A DNA stretch of 58,236 nt, the filler included, from Asterionella formosa (taxonomy: Eukaryota), in the NCBI GenBank assembly GCA_002256025.1. It is 7 parts of 7 records of this genome, joined end to end, with 100 filler letters (N's around TTAATTAATTAA, not from the genome) between each part and the next. Parts side by side here need not be neighbours in the genome. Positions count along the whole stretch, not along the records: positions 41,711 to 49,925 come from NKIB01012297.1; positions 50,026 to 58,236 come from NKIB01012298.1; 5 more parts are not named here. One strand, 5' to 3'. Of this stretch, positions 46,101-57,560 are shown one piece after another. Each line of letters begins with the position of its first letter. Position 1 is the stretch's first letter. The translations under genes were made by a program, and so were the position numbers. The notes under the pieces are model-generated. The model did no database searches, was not told the DNA's origin, and worked only from the letters and a program-made list of their open reading frames with translations.

Positions 46101-49100
46101 ATGATGCTAGTCGAGCAATGCTAAGGAGAGTGGGGGTTCGATTTTTCTACTACTAATAAAATCAAATGATATTTTACTATACGTATGCAATGAAAAAAGC
46201 AAGATTGCCGAACTAAATTAATTTGAACCCTTTAAGTACGAGGTTTCTACTGCAAGTTCTGGGTACTAGGGATACCGGAGCAAAAATCCTATTTGCACAC
46301 GACAACTGCTTCATGTATCAAACAGGCCAGGCCGAGTGGCAGCATCAGACAATGAGCTCAGCTTTTTGATTAGAAAAACTGAGAAACACCTCGGGAACGA
46401 CAAGAAATGATTTGTGGTTACTCTTTTGTTTCTGTTTTGCTTTTTTACTTTCTATTGATTTAATTGCTTATTGCTGTTTACATGCTTCCATCTATATACT
46501 AGCCACACTACATATTATTGCTTCCAAGGTTAATGTTACAACTTACTCCTGTTCCTTATTTGGAGAACCATCACATCAATTTTTCCAGCAAACATAGCCT
46601 CAATTATTCGACAACCAGCAAAATTAATTCCCAAGCAACTTTATACTCTATTGCTTTTTTTCAATTATTTACTAAGGTTGACACTGGCTGCCTCAAATTC
46701 CATTCATCCAAACCAAGGCGCCATCGAATTTGCTCTCTCCAGCTAAAGCCGTAGTTATAGTACTCCCTCAAAAAGATTCATAATGAAATATTGCTTCTTA
46801 TCAAAGTTCGCTGCAATTATTTGTCTCTCAATACGACCATTCTTCCCGAAGAAGCATCCGATGTGATTAAAGAGTCAGTTCTTATACTTTATTTTCCTTC
46901 CTGGACCAAACCTAACTTCCTCATTTCATCCATTCGGATTTAAAATCATGAATTCAAACCTAATCTTATTCTCAATATCCAATAATCCCAGTCATCCTTC
47001 TCCTCTCACCATCGACGACCATCAAACCGTCTGCAAATAAAAACCATCATATTTCCATGATGTATCATAGGATTATGATCATCTGATCATAATTTTTCGT
47101 TATATCATCTAATAATTTTGATAAATGCCCTCGTAATTTAAATAGTAACCCTTTTGACTATGGAAATTTAATTATTATATGTATTGTTTCTTTTAGTTTC
47201 CTTTATTTAAATTTCTTGGTAGGATAATGTACCGGTTAGAGTAATGTTGTTTGGCTCATCATCCTTGCCAGTCCTCACTCTGATTCTTGCAACAACGACA
47301 AAGCAGCCTTGTCGAGAAGAACGAATGTTTGTGATAAAATCTTCATTTGTCGTTCAAGTCATCATATGTCTTCGATGAATCATCATCTAGTACATTGCAC
47401 AGTATGTTCGTACTATGCAATCCGTTAAGAGCTTGAAAAGAAATCCAATGAAAACGAAATGGCTCATCACACAAGACGAATATTTCCGGCCGGTCTGTCA
47501 CCAGAGCATCAATCACTGTTACAACCTCAATCATAGCTAAACAACATCCATTATAGAACAGTACAATCTGCTTCTCTGTAACATCGTCTCTCTACTAACA
47601 AGAACGTAATACATCTAGAATTGAAACGCAGCATAGCAGGCGATATGCACAAAGAAGCATGAGACTGTGGTCTATTTATAGTAACAGAGTGATTCTGGTT
47701 TCGTAATTTTCATGTCTCATCAGATTTCCTTTGTCATCGTACTAGTTCCTTACTACCTTTGAAGACAGGAGCGTATTCTTTGATGTATCTGGAATATTTC
47801 AATGCATGGCAGCAGTTGGATTTAGACACAAACCTCGACAAAAGCACTAGTGCCTTGTAGATGTTCATGAAAAGCGAGACACTTTGCTTGGCCTATCGCC
47901 CACCAGCCAGCAGTCTATACTGCAAAAATGCAAGAAGCAAGCACAAGTTGAATGCCCATTTATGGATTCAAGTTTCAGTAGTGCAACAATGTAAAATATT
48001 AGAAACTGGAAGTCACATTTCATCTAATTACGGTTTTCATTAGCTATAATAGTAGCTAGTATTGATTAAGAGGAAGCAATCGTCTGTAAATAAAAATATC
48101 ATGCATATAGGATCAAGGGTATCATACGCTAAGTGGCACAGGATTTTCGTATATATGATAATTTTTGGATCAAAAATATGATCAAGGTATCTTATACCTA
48201 TGATGATTTATTAATATGTTACCGACCTTGAAGTATAATGATAATAGGAGCATTATCATCCCACAATGTAAATAAACTGATCAACAACATTTCTCGTCAA
48301 TGTCATAAACTTTCTCATATTATTTTCACTTCTCGTGATTGCCCGATGTAAATTTTAACTACAATGCATCCTAAAATCAGCTGACACACAATTCCACCGT
48401 ATCCTCTTGCTTCACTTACCACAAATCAATGCAACTGATGCATAAGTCTATTTCAGTAAATTGTCAGTAAGCCAAATTCTTGAATAAGTAAGTTTCGGGT
48501 ATCCAATGTTGTCGAATAAAACTTACCGGTTCAATTTTGTCAGCTTAACTTTGAGAGAAGGTAAACGTTTTGTCAGTTTTGTTCCAACAGAAGTGAATAG
48601 GTCCAACGAGCGACAAGAGCACTTACGCAATTTGGTTTTGTTTTACATTGGTGCTCCCCAACAAGCAAAACGAGCTGTTGAATGAGCATCAACTGAGAAA
48701 AAAGGAAATGTGCGTTTAGTTAACAATTTTGTTGTTGTGCTGCCTGCCTCCCAACGATTGTCATCCAAGTACCACATTGGTGGCTTCATTACCTTAAACA
48801 TTCTCCATCCTTCGAATGCGCAATGTGTCGAAGCCACAATGTTTTTCGTTATGTATTGCATAACCTTTCTTTGCTTGTCATGTGCTTTACTACGACGTCT
48901 CTTTTCATGAAGCAGCAGGCATTGTTTGTTAACATGACAGAAGGATTTCAAAAATATATATGCCGTGGATATAGTAATAAAATTTGTAAATATATATATA
49001 TATTAAGTGTTATACATTTATAAAATTCAAAGGCGCTCTCGATATGGAACATCTGATATGGTTGGGATGATCATACTCGCATGTACATAATTCGAAAATA

Positions 49101-49362
49101 CTCAATGCACTATATGTCCATTGTTTTTCACGACTACCTGTACCGGTATTGTTTCTGAAATTTGTTTGCATCGATATTTTCTACGTCCGTTGAAACTAAT
49201 TATTTAGACCGTTCAATTGCCGCAAGGGTTTTGGTAGCAAATTGTTTAAGCCCCTTTTTTGGTTGGGAGCTCTTCATGTGTACCGGTACATCATATGACA
49301 ATAACAATATATCATATATATATACAGAGTACCAGTAGCAGGTAGTAAGTGATATACTGGGG

Positions 49363-49826
49363 GTAGTCGGAGTAGTAAACTAGCAACAGAACACCATATG
49401 TTCAGGACTGTTGCTACTGCAGTGGGACAGTAAATCATCATAGTTTTAGGATCGTATGATCGTAAAACTAAAAACCAAAAGAACACCATATGTTCATGAC
49501 TGTTGCAATTACAGTGGGACAGTAAATCATCATAATTTTAGGATCGTATGATCGTAAAACTAAAAACCAATAGAACATCATATGTTCAGGACTGTTGCTA
49601 CTGCAGTGGGACAGTAAATCATCATAGTTTTAGGATCGTATAATCGTAAAACTAAAAACCAATAGAACACCATATGATCAGGACTGTTGCTACTGCAGTG
49701 GGATAGTAAATCATCATAGTTTTAGGATTGTATGATCGTGAAACTGAAAAGCTGTAGTCGGAGTAATAAGCAAGCAATAGAACACCATATGTCTATGACT
49801 ACTGCTACTGCAGCGGGACAGTAAAT
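49363..49826. repeat. 92-bp tandem repeat array (4 full units plus a diverged partial unit)
   Basis: AGAACA(C/T)CATATG anchors at 49388, 49480, 49572, 49664 and 49779; GTAGTCGGAGTA lead-in at 49363 and 49754. Confidence 0.93.
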
Positions 49827-49925
49827 GAATTTAAGATCATCGAACTTTAAGGAAGACAACGACAACAGTTATCAAGTAGTACAATGTCTTCAAGAAACCA
49901 TAAAGAGGTTCATGGAAACAAGCGA

Positions 49926-50025
49926 NNNNNNNNNNNNNNNNNNNNNNNNNNNNNNNNNNNNNNNNNNNNTTAATTAATTAANNNNNNNNNNNNNNNNNNN
50001 NNNNNNNNNNNNNNNNNNNNNNNNN
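49926..50025. other. Artificial contig linker
   Basis: N44-TTAATTAATTAA-N44. Confidence 0.98.
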
Positions 50026-50479
50026 CGTTTGCACATGGACCTTAACTAGGAACAGGTAGACTAGGGCAGAGGTTTTGTTGAATCATTGGCTCTACTGATG
50101 CTGCTAAAGTAGGAACAAGATTCATTCCACCACAATGATGATAATGCAAAAATTTGGGTTCTATCCACACAAGCATTTGTTGCCAAGAGGACAGCGTCAT
50201 TCATCACTAGAGAAGATACTACAGAATCAGCAGCAGCTGTAGTAGTTGCAACATCTTCCCGAGTTTCCATTATTGAGAATCGGACAAAAGGGCAACAAGA
50301 TGAATACCTTCCCCGTCCTACTTTTGAAACTGACTGCCATTCTATATAACTGGGAGAGGCAGCTTGTGGTTTGGTTTTCCTGGGCTTGTCTGCGTGTGTT
50401 GTTCTCTATTCCACAACGATTCATTCTTCAATATGAGGATACAATCTCAAATTTCCCTTTCATTCCACATATCTTATGA

Positions 50480-51832
50480 TTAGCTTGTGTCTTCTTCCTT
50501 CCTCCCACGGCCAATACCGATATTCTTGGGAGAAAGATTTTTCTCTTGCTTCTTTTGTGCTGTTGGTTGAATAAATGTCACGGTCCGATTGGTATGCATT
50601 TCAAAATTTGCCAATTTGGCAAGTGTAGCATCAAATTTCCACTTTTGATTGGGTTCATTGTCGTTGTCACTCAAATCATCACCATCATGACTACTACTAC
50701 TACTATCATTGTTGTTGTGCTTTTTCACCTTCTGCCATGCCGTGGAAATTATAGAATCGGCACGATTTGAAAAATCAAAAATCACCTTAGCAGGAATATA
50801 TTTACCAGTCATCAAGTATCGCTGAATATTCCGTTGAAGCAATACTCCTAATGGTACTTTTGGTAATGGCTGTTGTAGGACTTGGTGCTCTTCATCAGCC
50901 TTCTTTGCCGCCGTCGTCGTCATGATACTTGGATCACCATAGACTATAAAATATACAGCACGGCCACCTTGTTGTGCAGCATGCAAGGCAGTTGTAAATT
51001 CTCTTGGCATTGTGTTGGTATTCCCCCATGATACAATGGTAGACGTATCAGCAGTCGCATATTGCAATAATTCTTCTTGTGCTGATTCTACTCCAGTTTT
51101 ATTGGTTTTGGGATTTGGTCGAAATATCGATTCCACAACATACAATTGTGTTTTGTTTGGTAACTGACAGGGTCCCGTGTTATAATATTGAAGAACAGCT
51201 GATATTAATTCATCACCCACAGCTGTGTACCCGTAATTGATACTCTTACTAGTATCACCAACATTGTCCCAATCTAAATATATCTCTTGTATGGCATGTG
51301 TATACTCTTTTAGAGAAATGTCGCCATGAAACAGTTTTATCAAATATGTCAATTCTTCATTGTCATATTTGATTCGATCCTCAAGAAATCGTCCTTGAAT
51401 TCTTTTCTTTTTAATTTTTTTCTTGCCGTTCGATGATATTGGTAAAAACAACTCTGTATCAACTGGTACATAAACACCAAGTTGATTGTCCAATGTCACA
51501 TCATGAATGGCTGTCCCTGTTGTTGATATTTGTTGAGATAGAAACGTAGTTTTTCCACAACATGGTGGACCAACGGTGATATACATTTTGAAGGGTGGTT
51601 CTTTGGATGTTGTGTGATCATTATTATTGCTTTCGGTGCTGGTGGTGGCATCGTTTTTGGACATTGCAAATAGTTGTTGTTGTTGTTGTTGTCGATGGAA
51701 TACAAATTCGTCTCCTCCTCTTCTATTATTCATAACATTATTATGAACATGAAACCAACTATTGGAAGGTGATGACGATGCTAGTAGGAAGGAAGTATAG
51801 CTAGGAAGGAATGCCTTCATTTGATTCATCAA
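50480..51832 (-). CDS. Uncharacterised P-loop NTPase/kinase-like protein with N-terminal targeting-like extension
   Basis: MYITVGPPCCGKTTFL Walker A, later VSWGNTNT and LLQRNIQR motifs; intact 450-aa ORF. Confidence 0.75.
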   Translation of the reverse strand: MMNQMKAFLPSYTSFLLASSSPSNSWFHVHNNVMNNRRGGDEFVFHRQQQQQQLFAMSKNDATTSTESNNNDHTTSKEPPFKMYITVGPPCCGKTTFLSQQISTTGTAIHDVTLDNQLGVYVPVDTELFLPISSNGKKKIKKKRIQGRFLEDRIKYDNEELTYLIKLFHGDISLKEYTHAIQEIYLDWDNVGDTSKSINYGYTAVGDELISAVLQYYNTGPCQLPNKTQLYVVESIFRPNPKTNKTGVESAQEELLQYATADTSTIVSWGNTNTMPREFTTALHAAQQGGRAVYFIVYGDPSIMTTTAAKKADEEHQVLQQPLPKVPLGVLLQRNIQRYLMTGKYIPAKVIFDFSNRADSIISTAWQKVKKHNNNDSSSSSHDGDDLSDNDNEPNQKWKFDATLAKLANFEMHTNRTVTFIQPTAQKKQEKNLSPKNIGIGRGRKEEDTS

Positions 51833-51936
51833 GCATGGAGGGTATCGAAGTGAGAGAAGAGGTACATAATAGAATATATCTAGACCAGCATGATACGTAC
51901 GAACTATAATACCGGTATATTACATACCGGTACGCA

Positions 51937-52805
51937 NNNNNNNNNNNNNNNNNNNNNNNNNNNNNNNNNNNNNNNNNNNNNNNNNNNNNNNNNNNNNNNN
52001 NNNNNNNNNNNNNNNNNNNNNNNNNNNNNNNNNNNNNNNNNNNNNNNNNNNNNNNNNNNNNNNNNNNNNNNNNNNNNNNNNNNNNNNNNNNNNNNNNNNN
52101 NNNNNNNNNNNNNNNNNNNNNNNNNNNNNNNNNNNNNNNNNNNNNNNNNNNNNNNNNNNNNNNNNNNNNNNNNNNNNNNNNNNNNNNNNNNNNNNNNNNN
52201 NNNNNNNNNNNNNNNNNNNNNNNNNNNNNNNNNNNNNNNNNNNNNNNNNNNNNNNNNNNNNNNNNNNNNNNNNNNNNNNNNNNNNNNNNNNNNNNNNNNN
52301 NNNNNNNNNNNNNNNNNNNNNNNNNNNNNNNNNNNNNNNNNNNNNNNNNNNNNNNNNNNNNNNNNNNNNNNNNNNNNNNNNNNNNNNNNNNNNNNNNNNN
52401 NNNNNNNNNNNNNNNNNNNNNNNNNNNNNNNNNNNNNNNNNNNNNNNNNNNNNNNNNNNNNNNNNNNNNNNNNNNNNNNNNNNNNNNNNNNNNNNNNNNN
52501 NNNNNNNNNNNNNNNNNNNNNNNNNNNNNNNNNNNNNNNNNNNNNNNNNNNNNNNNNNNNNNNNNNNNNNNNNNNNNNNNNNNNNNNNNNNNNNNNNNNN
52601 NNNNNNNNNNNNNNNNNNNNNNNNNNNNNNNNNNNNNNNNNNNNNNNNNNNNNNNNNNNNNNNNNNNNNNNNNNNNNNNNNNNNNNNNNNNNNNNNNNNN
52701 NNNNNNNNNNNNNNNNNNNNNNNNNNNNNNNNNNNNNNNNNNNNNNNNNNNNNNNNNNNNNNNNNNNNNNNNNNNNNNNNNNNNNNNNNNNNNNNNNNNN
52801 NNNNN
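51937..52805. other. Intra-scaffold assembly gap
   Basis: Run of N without the TTAATTAATTAA linker. Confidence 0.97.
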
Positions 52806-52823
52806 TATCTTCTTCGATAGACC

Positions 52824-55623
52824 ATGACAGTAATGGCAGGAGCAGAAGTGGGGAGCATCGCTCTAGCCTTCGCTGTACTTGCTGCACCAGTAATCGTCAC
52901 AATGACAAGGTCGTTTTCTCTGAGCCATCTGGGTGAACGGTGCCAATGGATTGGAGGATACGACTCCAGCTTAGGCTCGTGGCCGCCGCTCGTTCGCGCT
53001 TCCTTCCACGTCTACGCTATGCTGGGATTCATTGTCCTTTTGGACTCCTATATCGTTGTTGTGGCGTATCTTTCAGTTTTGTTTTATTTTCATTACGTTC
53101 GTCCCGGGGTGTCGGATCCAGGCGGACCAAGAGCACATGCGATACAACGTAAGCCTCAATGGAGCAACACCTCGACGACCTTGGATTCTGGAACGTGGAG
53201 ATGTCTTGTAGCCCAGGAAGCTCATGATGATTCCGAACGCAAATTTGCTCCGCACCAGTTATCTGGAGAACCCAGCGGTCGTCAGATTTGGACCATGCAA
53301 GGTCGTGGGGCCAATGGCATAAACGAAAACGAAGCGCTGGTGCAGGAAATGGCTTCTGGAGGACGCATGGAAGGATTCAATGCGGCAATCAATCCGAACA
53401 GGTGAATCGAATCAGCGGGGCGCTTCGAGATCCTGTAATGTCGTTCCAAATGCACTCACACATTTTTTCAGTTGCGACAAGATATTTCGTGCTCAACAAA
53501 TTCGGAACTACTTGGCAGAAGGAGGCAGTCCTCCTTCCTTGGAACCACCAAATACTTTACAGGAAGCCACCAAGAAGGCCGCGCATTTCTATTCCATGTT
53601 ATTAACGAATGACGGACATTGGGCTGGTGACTACGGAGGACCGCACTTTTTGATGCCAGGGTTAATTATTGCCTGGTACGTCATGGGCCAACCGCCCGAC
53701 CTACTTTCCATTCCCCTCATGACGCACTATATTTCAGTACATCAACAAATCGATGGAGGTTGGGGTACCCATGTCGAAAGTCCGTCCACCATGTTTGGGA
53801 CAGTCCTCATGTATGTCGCACTCCGCCTTCTGGGGGTGTCGGTTGACGACGCTCGATGCCAGAAAGGACGAGATTTTATTCATCAGCACGGAGGAGCCTT
53901 GTTCACAGGGTCGTGGGCAAAATTTTATTTGTGCTTGTTGGGATGTATGGAATGGAAAGGCCATGATTCCGTGCCAGCAGAAATGTGGCTATTACCTAAC
54001 TGGTTCCCATTTCATCCTGGCCGTTTGTGGTGTCATTGTCGAATGGTGTATTTACCCATGGGGTATTTGTATGGCTCTCGGTTTGTTTATGATAAGGCTG
54101 AGACTGATCCTATTATTCAATCATTACGGAAGGAATTGTACGTTCAAGAGTATAGCACGATCGAATGGATCAAGACAAGACATATGGTCGCTCCAATGGA
54201 CAACTATTCTCCAGTTCCATTTATCATGAGTTTTATTCAGGATGTCTTAGCTCGTTACGAAACATGGGGTATATTTCAGCCATTCAAAACTTTCGTTCGC
54301 GTTCCTGGCCTCAAATTCTGTGTCGATTACATGGCGGCAGAAGATTTGCAAACCAATTTTATTAACATCGGACCAGTCAATAAGGTCCTCAACATGTTGT
54401 CTGCGTACCATGCCGCTGGAAATAATATCAATGATAGGAACGTGATCAAGCATATGATGAGGATACCTGATTACTTGTGGATCGCGGAGGACGGGATGAA
54501 AATGCAAGGGTACAACGGAAGCCAGTGCTGGGACACGTCATTTGCTATTCAAGCCATGGCGGAAGCAGAATTATTAGACGACTTTCCAGAGGTGACTAAA
54601 AAGGTGTGGACCTACCTGGAACGCACCCAAATATTATCTACGGAAGTATCTCGTTCTTCAGAAGCATTTCATTATGAATCCAATATCAATCGAAACAAGT
54701 ATTATCGTCACGTCTCAGAGGGTGGGTGGCCATTTAGTACAAGTGCACATGGTTGGCCCATTAGTGACTGTACTGGTGAAGGTCTCAAGGGTGTATTGTG
54801 TCTCTTGCGTAGTAAGACAGTCCAAGCTGGTATTACCGATGGATCGTTGATGCCAGTCAACGACAGTCGGTTGGAAAAGGCAGTTAACGTTTGTTTGACA
54901 TTGCAAAATGATGACGGTGGTTGGGCGACCTATGAAAACAATCGTGGCTTTGGGTGGTACGAGCAGCTGAACCCAAGTGAGGTCTTTGGAGATATCATGA
55001 TAGATTATTCCTATGTGGAGTGTAGCATGGCCACCCTGACGGCGTTGGTGGAATTCCATGAGCACTATCCAAATCACCGTGCGAAAGAGATTTTACGAGC
55101 TATTGACAAAGGCAAGGAATTCCTCAAGTCCATTCAACGCCCAGATGGCTCCTGGTACGGCTCCTGGGCATGCTGCTTCTGCTATGGCATTTGGTTCGGA
55201 ATCGAAGGTTTAGTCAAAGCTGGTGAGAACCCAGGTTCTCTCGAAATCCAAAAGGCGTGCACGTTTTTGCTCTCCCATCAACGTGCAAACGGTGGGTGGG
55301 GAGAAGACTTTACTTCTTGTTACGACAAGGCCTATGCTCGAAATGGAATGGACGCATACGGGGATAACGGGTCCGGGGTGGTGAATACTGCATGGGCCTT
55401 ATTGGCTCTGTCCGCGGCACAATGTGATAATACAGAAGCCATTCAGAAGGGCGTTCGCTATCTTTTGCATCGTCAACTCCCCTGTGGGGACTGGCCTCAG
55501 GAAGGTATCGCAGGGGTGTTCAACCGGGCATGTGGAATCACTTACACTGCCTACAGAAATGTATTTCCATTGTGGGCCCTTGGCCGCTGTAGAGCTGTCT
55601 ATGGTGATATTCTAGATAAATAA
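52824..55623 (+). CDS. CAS: Oxidosqualene cyclase, cycloartenol synthase type, with hydrophobic N-terminal extension; exons 52824-53401 and 53472-55623
   Basis: DGHWAGDYGGPHFL, GRLWCHCRMVYLP, MQGYNGSQCWD, HGWPISDCTGE and QW repeats; intron 53402-53471 joins NPNS|CDKIFR in frame; in-frame TAG just before the ATG. Confidence 0.95.
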
Positions 55624-56087
55624 GTATAACCCCGGCGTCAGAAAATTTGTTGATCATCGTCGTGAATCAATGTTGAGGGAAGTGGTGCAGACAATACTGT
55701 GCATAATTCCAAACACTTCTGATGTCTTGATGATTGCATTCATGCCAAATTCAACGAAGCAGTCATTCAAACGAAAAAGATAGGGATTGCAGACAATCTT
55801 GCTAAAAAATCTATTTAAACAGTTGGTTAGCGCTATCTAAAGCCACGAGAAGTGATTGTATATGTTCTTGCTCTTGAAAGTAACTAGAAACATGAAAAAT
55901 CATGTCTTCCATCCAAACATTTATCGTTGATTACGATTACTATATGGAAAACAAATAAGCCATGATCCTCGTTAGTACACACGACGTCGGAAAGGCAATA
56001 AAAACAAGATCAGATGTTTTTGGTAAAGACCAACAAGAACATGTCAATGGTGTACGCCTGGTCGTGATGTGATTCCAGTAACAACGA

Positions 56088-57560
56088 CTAATCCTGGCTA
56101 TAAATCTCTCTCAAACTTTCACTGTATTGCTTCCCAAATTGCTGTTTAAACTCGGCATAGTCAATCTGGCCATCGCCGTTGATATCTGCGCTCTTGATGA
56201 TTCCAGCAATATATTCGTCGGAACATTCCGGTCCCAGAATTTTCTTCAGTTCCATAGCAGAGATGGATCCAGAGTGATCTTCATCAAGAATGTTAAAAGC
56301 CTCTTTAATACGATGCTCGGCGATACGACCTTGCGTTTCTAAGGCAGCAGCCAAGAACTCAGTATACATTATGACACCATTACCGTCGACATCCACTTTA
56401 TCGAAGATTGTCTTCATTTCCTCGGCAGTGTAACGTCCCGTTTTTCCAAGAGCTTCCATGAACTCATCCTGGGAAATGGTACCTTCATTATCCTTGTCAT
56501 ATGCATCAAATATCTTGCGAAGCTCAAATATTTCATCTGTATTCGATCTCTTCGCTATTATATTCAATGCGACTTTCTTCAAGTCATTGCAGGCTGCATA
56601 ATTGACCAAGTTTTTGGCAACATCACTAACAAGCTCAGGATTAGGCTTAGTGTCGGATAAATTGATTTCCTTGGACAACCATGGGTTCTTCAATGCCTCG
56701 ACTGCAGTCAAACGCAGTTGTGGATCAACTTTTAGGAGACTGCGAACAAAATCCTTACTCTCCGTTGATCTTGTATTCCATATCTTGCCCTTGAATGCGA
56801 GTCGGGCCTGTACGACCTTGGAAACGGTCTCCTCGGGAGTGCGTCCCTGAAATGGTGGGTCAGATCCTGATAATAGCATAAATGCCACAATCCCAAGAGA
56901 CCACAAATCTGCTTGGGCCGTGTACATGCCCTTCATAACTTGAGGACTCATGGTGTACAGTGTACCTACTCGTTCTGTCATTACGTCGTTCTTGCGCAAG
57001 AAGCTTTTAGACAAACCAAAATCGATGAGCTTTACCTGCGCATTAGGGGCATCGCTCTCGAACATGATGTTTTCGTACTTGACATCTCGATGAATGACGT
57101 TGTGGGAGTGCAAATAGGCGATCGCCGATAAACATTCCTTCACAATCTTTGCAGCCTGTTTTTCCGAATACGGGTGCCTCTTGTAAAGATCTCCCCCGCT
57201 ACACAACTCCATGACAATAGCCTTTCGATTCTTCAGCTCAAATGTTTCATATACTTTGATAATATTGGGATGATCGAGTGCCTTGAGAAGTTTAAGTTCG
57301 TTCTCGAGCTCATCGACAAGCTTCTTCTCGATCACGCTCGTATCGATTTCCTTCAATGCATAGAAGTTAGCGTTCGATAATCGCCCTTTCTTTGGTGTGA
57401 TGAGGGAAATCTTTGATATTGAACCTACTCCAATCACCTCGAGGACTTCATAGCTCTCGGAAAAATCATGGCCTGTTCTGTCTTGCACTAGACGGGCATG
57501 GAAATTATCCTTTTCGACACTTTTTGACAGGTTCTCTTGCTTACAACACACAGCTCCCAT
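56088..57560 (-). CDS. CDPK: Calcium-dependent protein kinase (kinase + 4 EF-hands), N-acylation signal
   Basis: MGAVCC N-terminus; YALK, HRDVKYEN and DFG; EF loops DKDNEGTISQDE, DVDGNGVIMYTE, DEDHSGSISAME and DINGDGQIDYAE. Confidence 0.95.
   Translation of the reverse strand: MGAVCCKQENLSKSVEKDNFHARLVQDRTGHDFSESYEVLEVIGVGSISKISLITPKKGRLSNANFYALKEIDTSVIEKKLVDELENELKLLKALDHPNIIKVYETFELKNRKAIVMELCSGGDLYKRHPYSEKQAAKIVKECLSAIAYLHSHNVIHRDVKYENIMFESDAPNAQVKLIDFGLSKSFLRKNDVMTERVGTLYTMSPQVMKGMYTAQADLWSLGIVAFMLLSGSDPPFQGRTPEETVSKVVQARLAFKGKIWNTRSTESKDFVRSLLKVDPQLRLTAVEALKNPWLSKEINLSDTKPNPELVSDVAKNLVNYAACNDLKKVALNIIAKRSNTDEIFELRKIFDAYDKDNEGTISQDEFMEALGKTGRYTAEEMKTIFDKVDVDGNGVIMYTEFLAAALETQGRIAEHRIKEAFNILDEDHSGSISAMELKKILGPECSDEYIAGIIKSADINGDGQIDYAEFKQQFGKQYSESLREIYSQD

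Noticed and set aside
43150..49000. Short ORFs in contig 6 (e.g. 43869-44108, 44601-44834, 45589-45819, 47343-47534)
   Set aside because: No recognisable motifs and frequent stops; they may be pseudogene fragments but cannot be supported.
49363..49826. CRISPR array or hammerhead ribozyme array
   Set aside because: Units repeat along their whole length with no unique spacers, there are no cas genes, the context is eukaryotic, and no CUGANGA/GAAA hammerhead core is present.
51890..52936. Long ORFs made mostly of X, and other ORFs crossing N runs
   Set aside because: Artefacts of translating assembly gaps.
50480..57560. Triterpene biosynthetic gene cluster around the cyclase
   Set aside because: The neighbours are a CDPK and an unassigned P-loop protein; there is no P450, transferase or other tailoring enzyme, and CAS is primary sterol metabolism.
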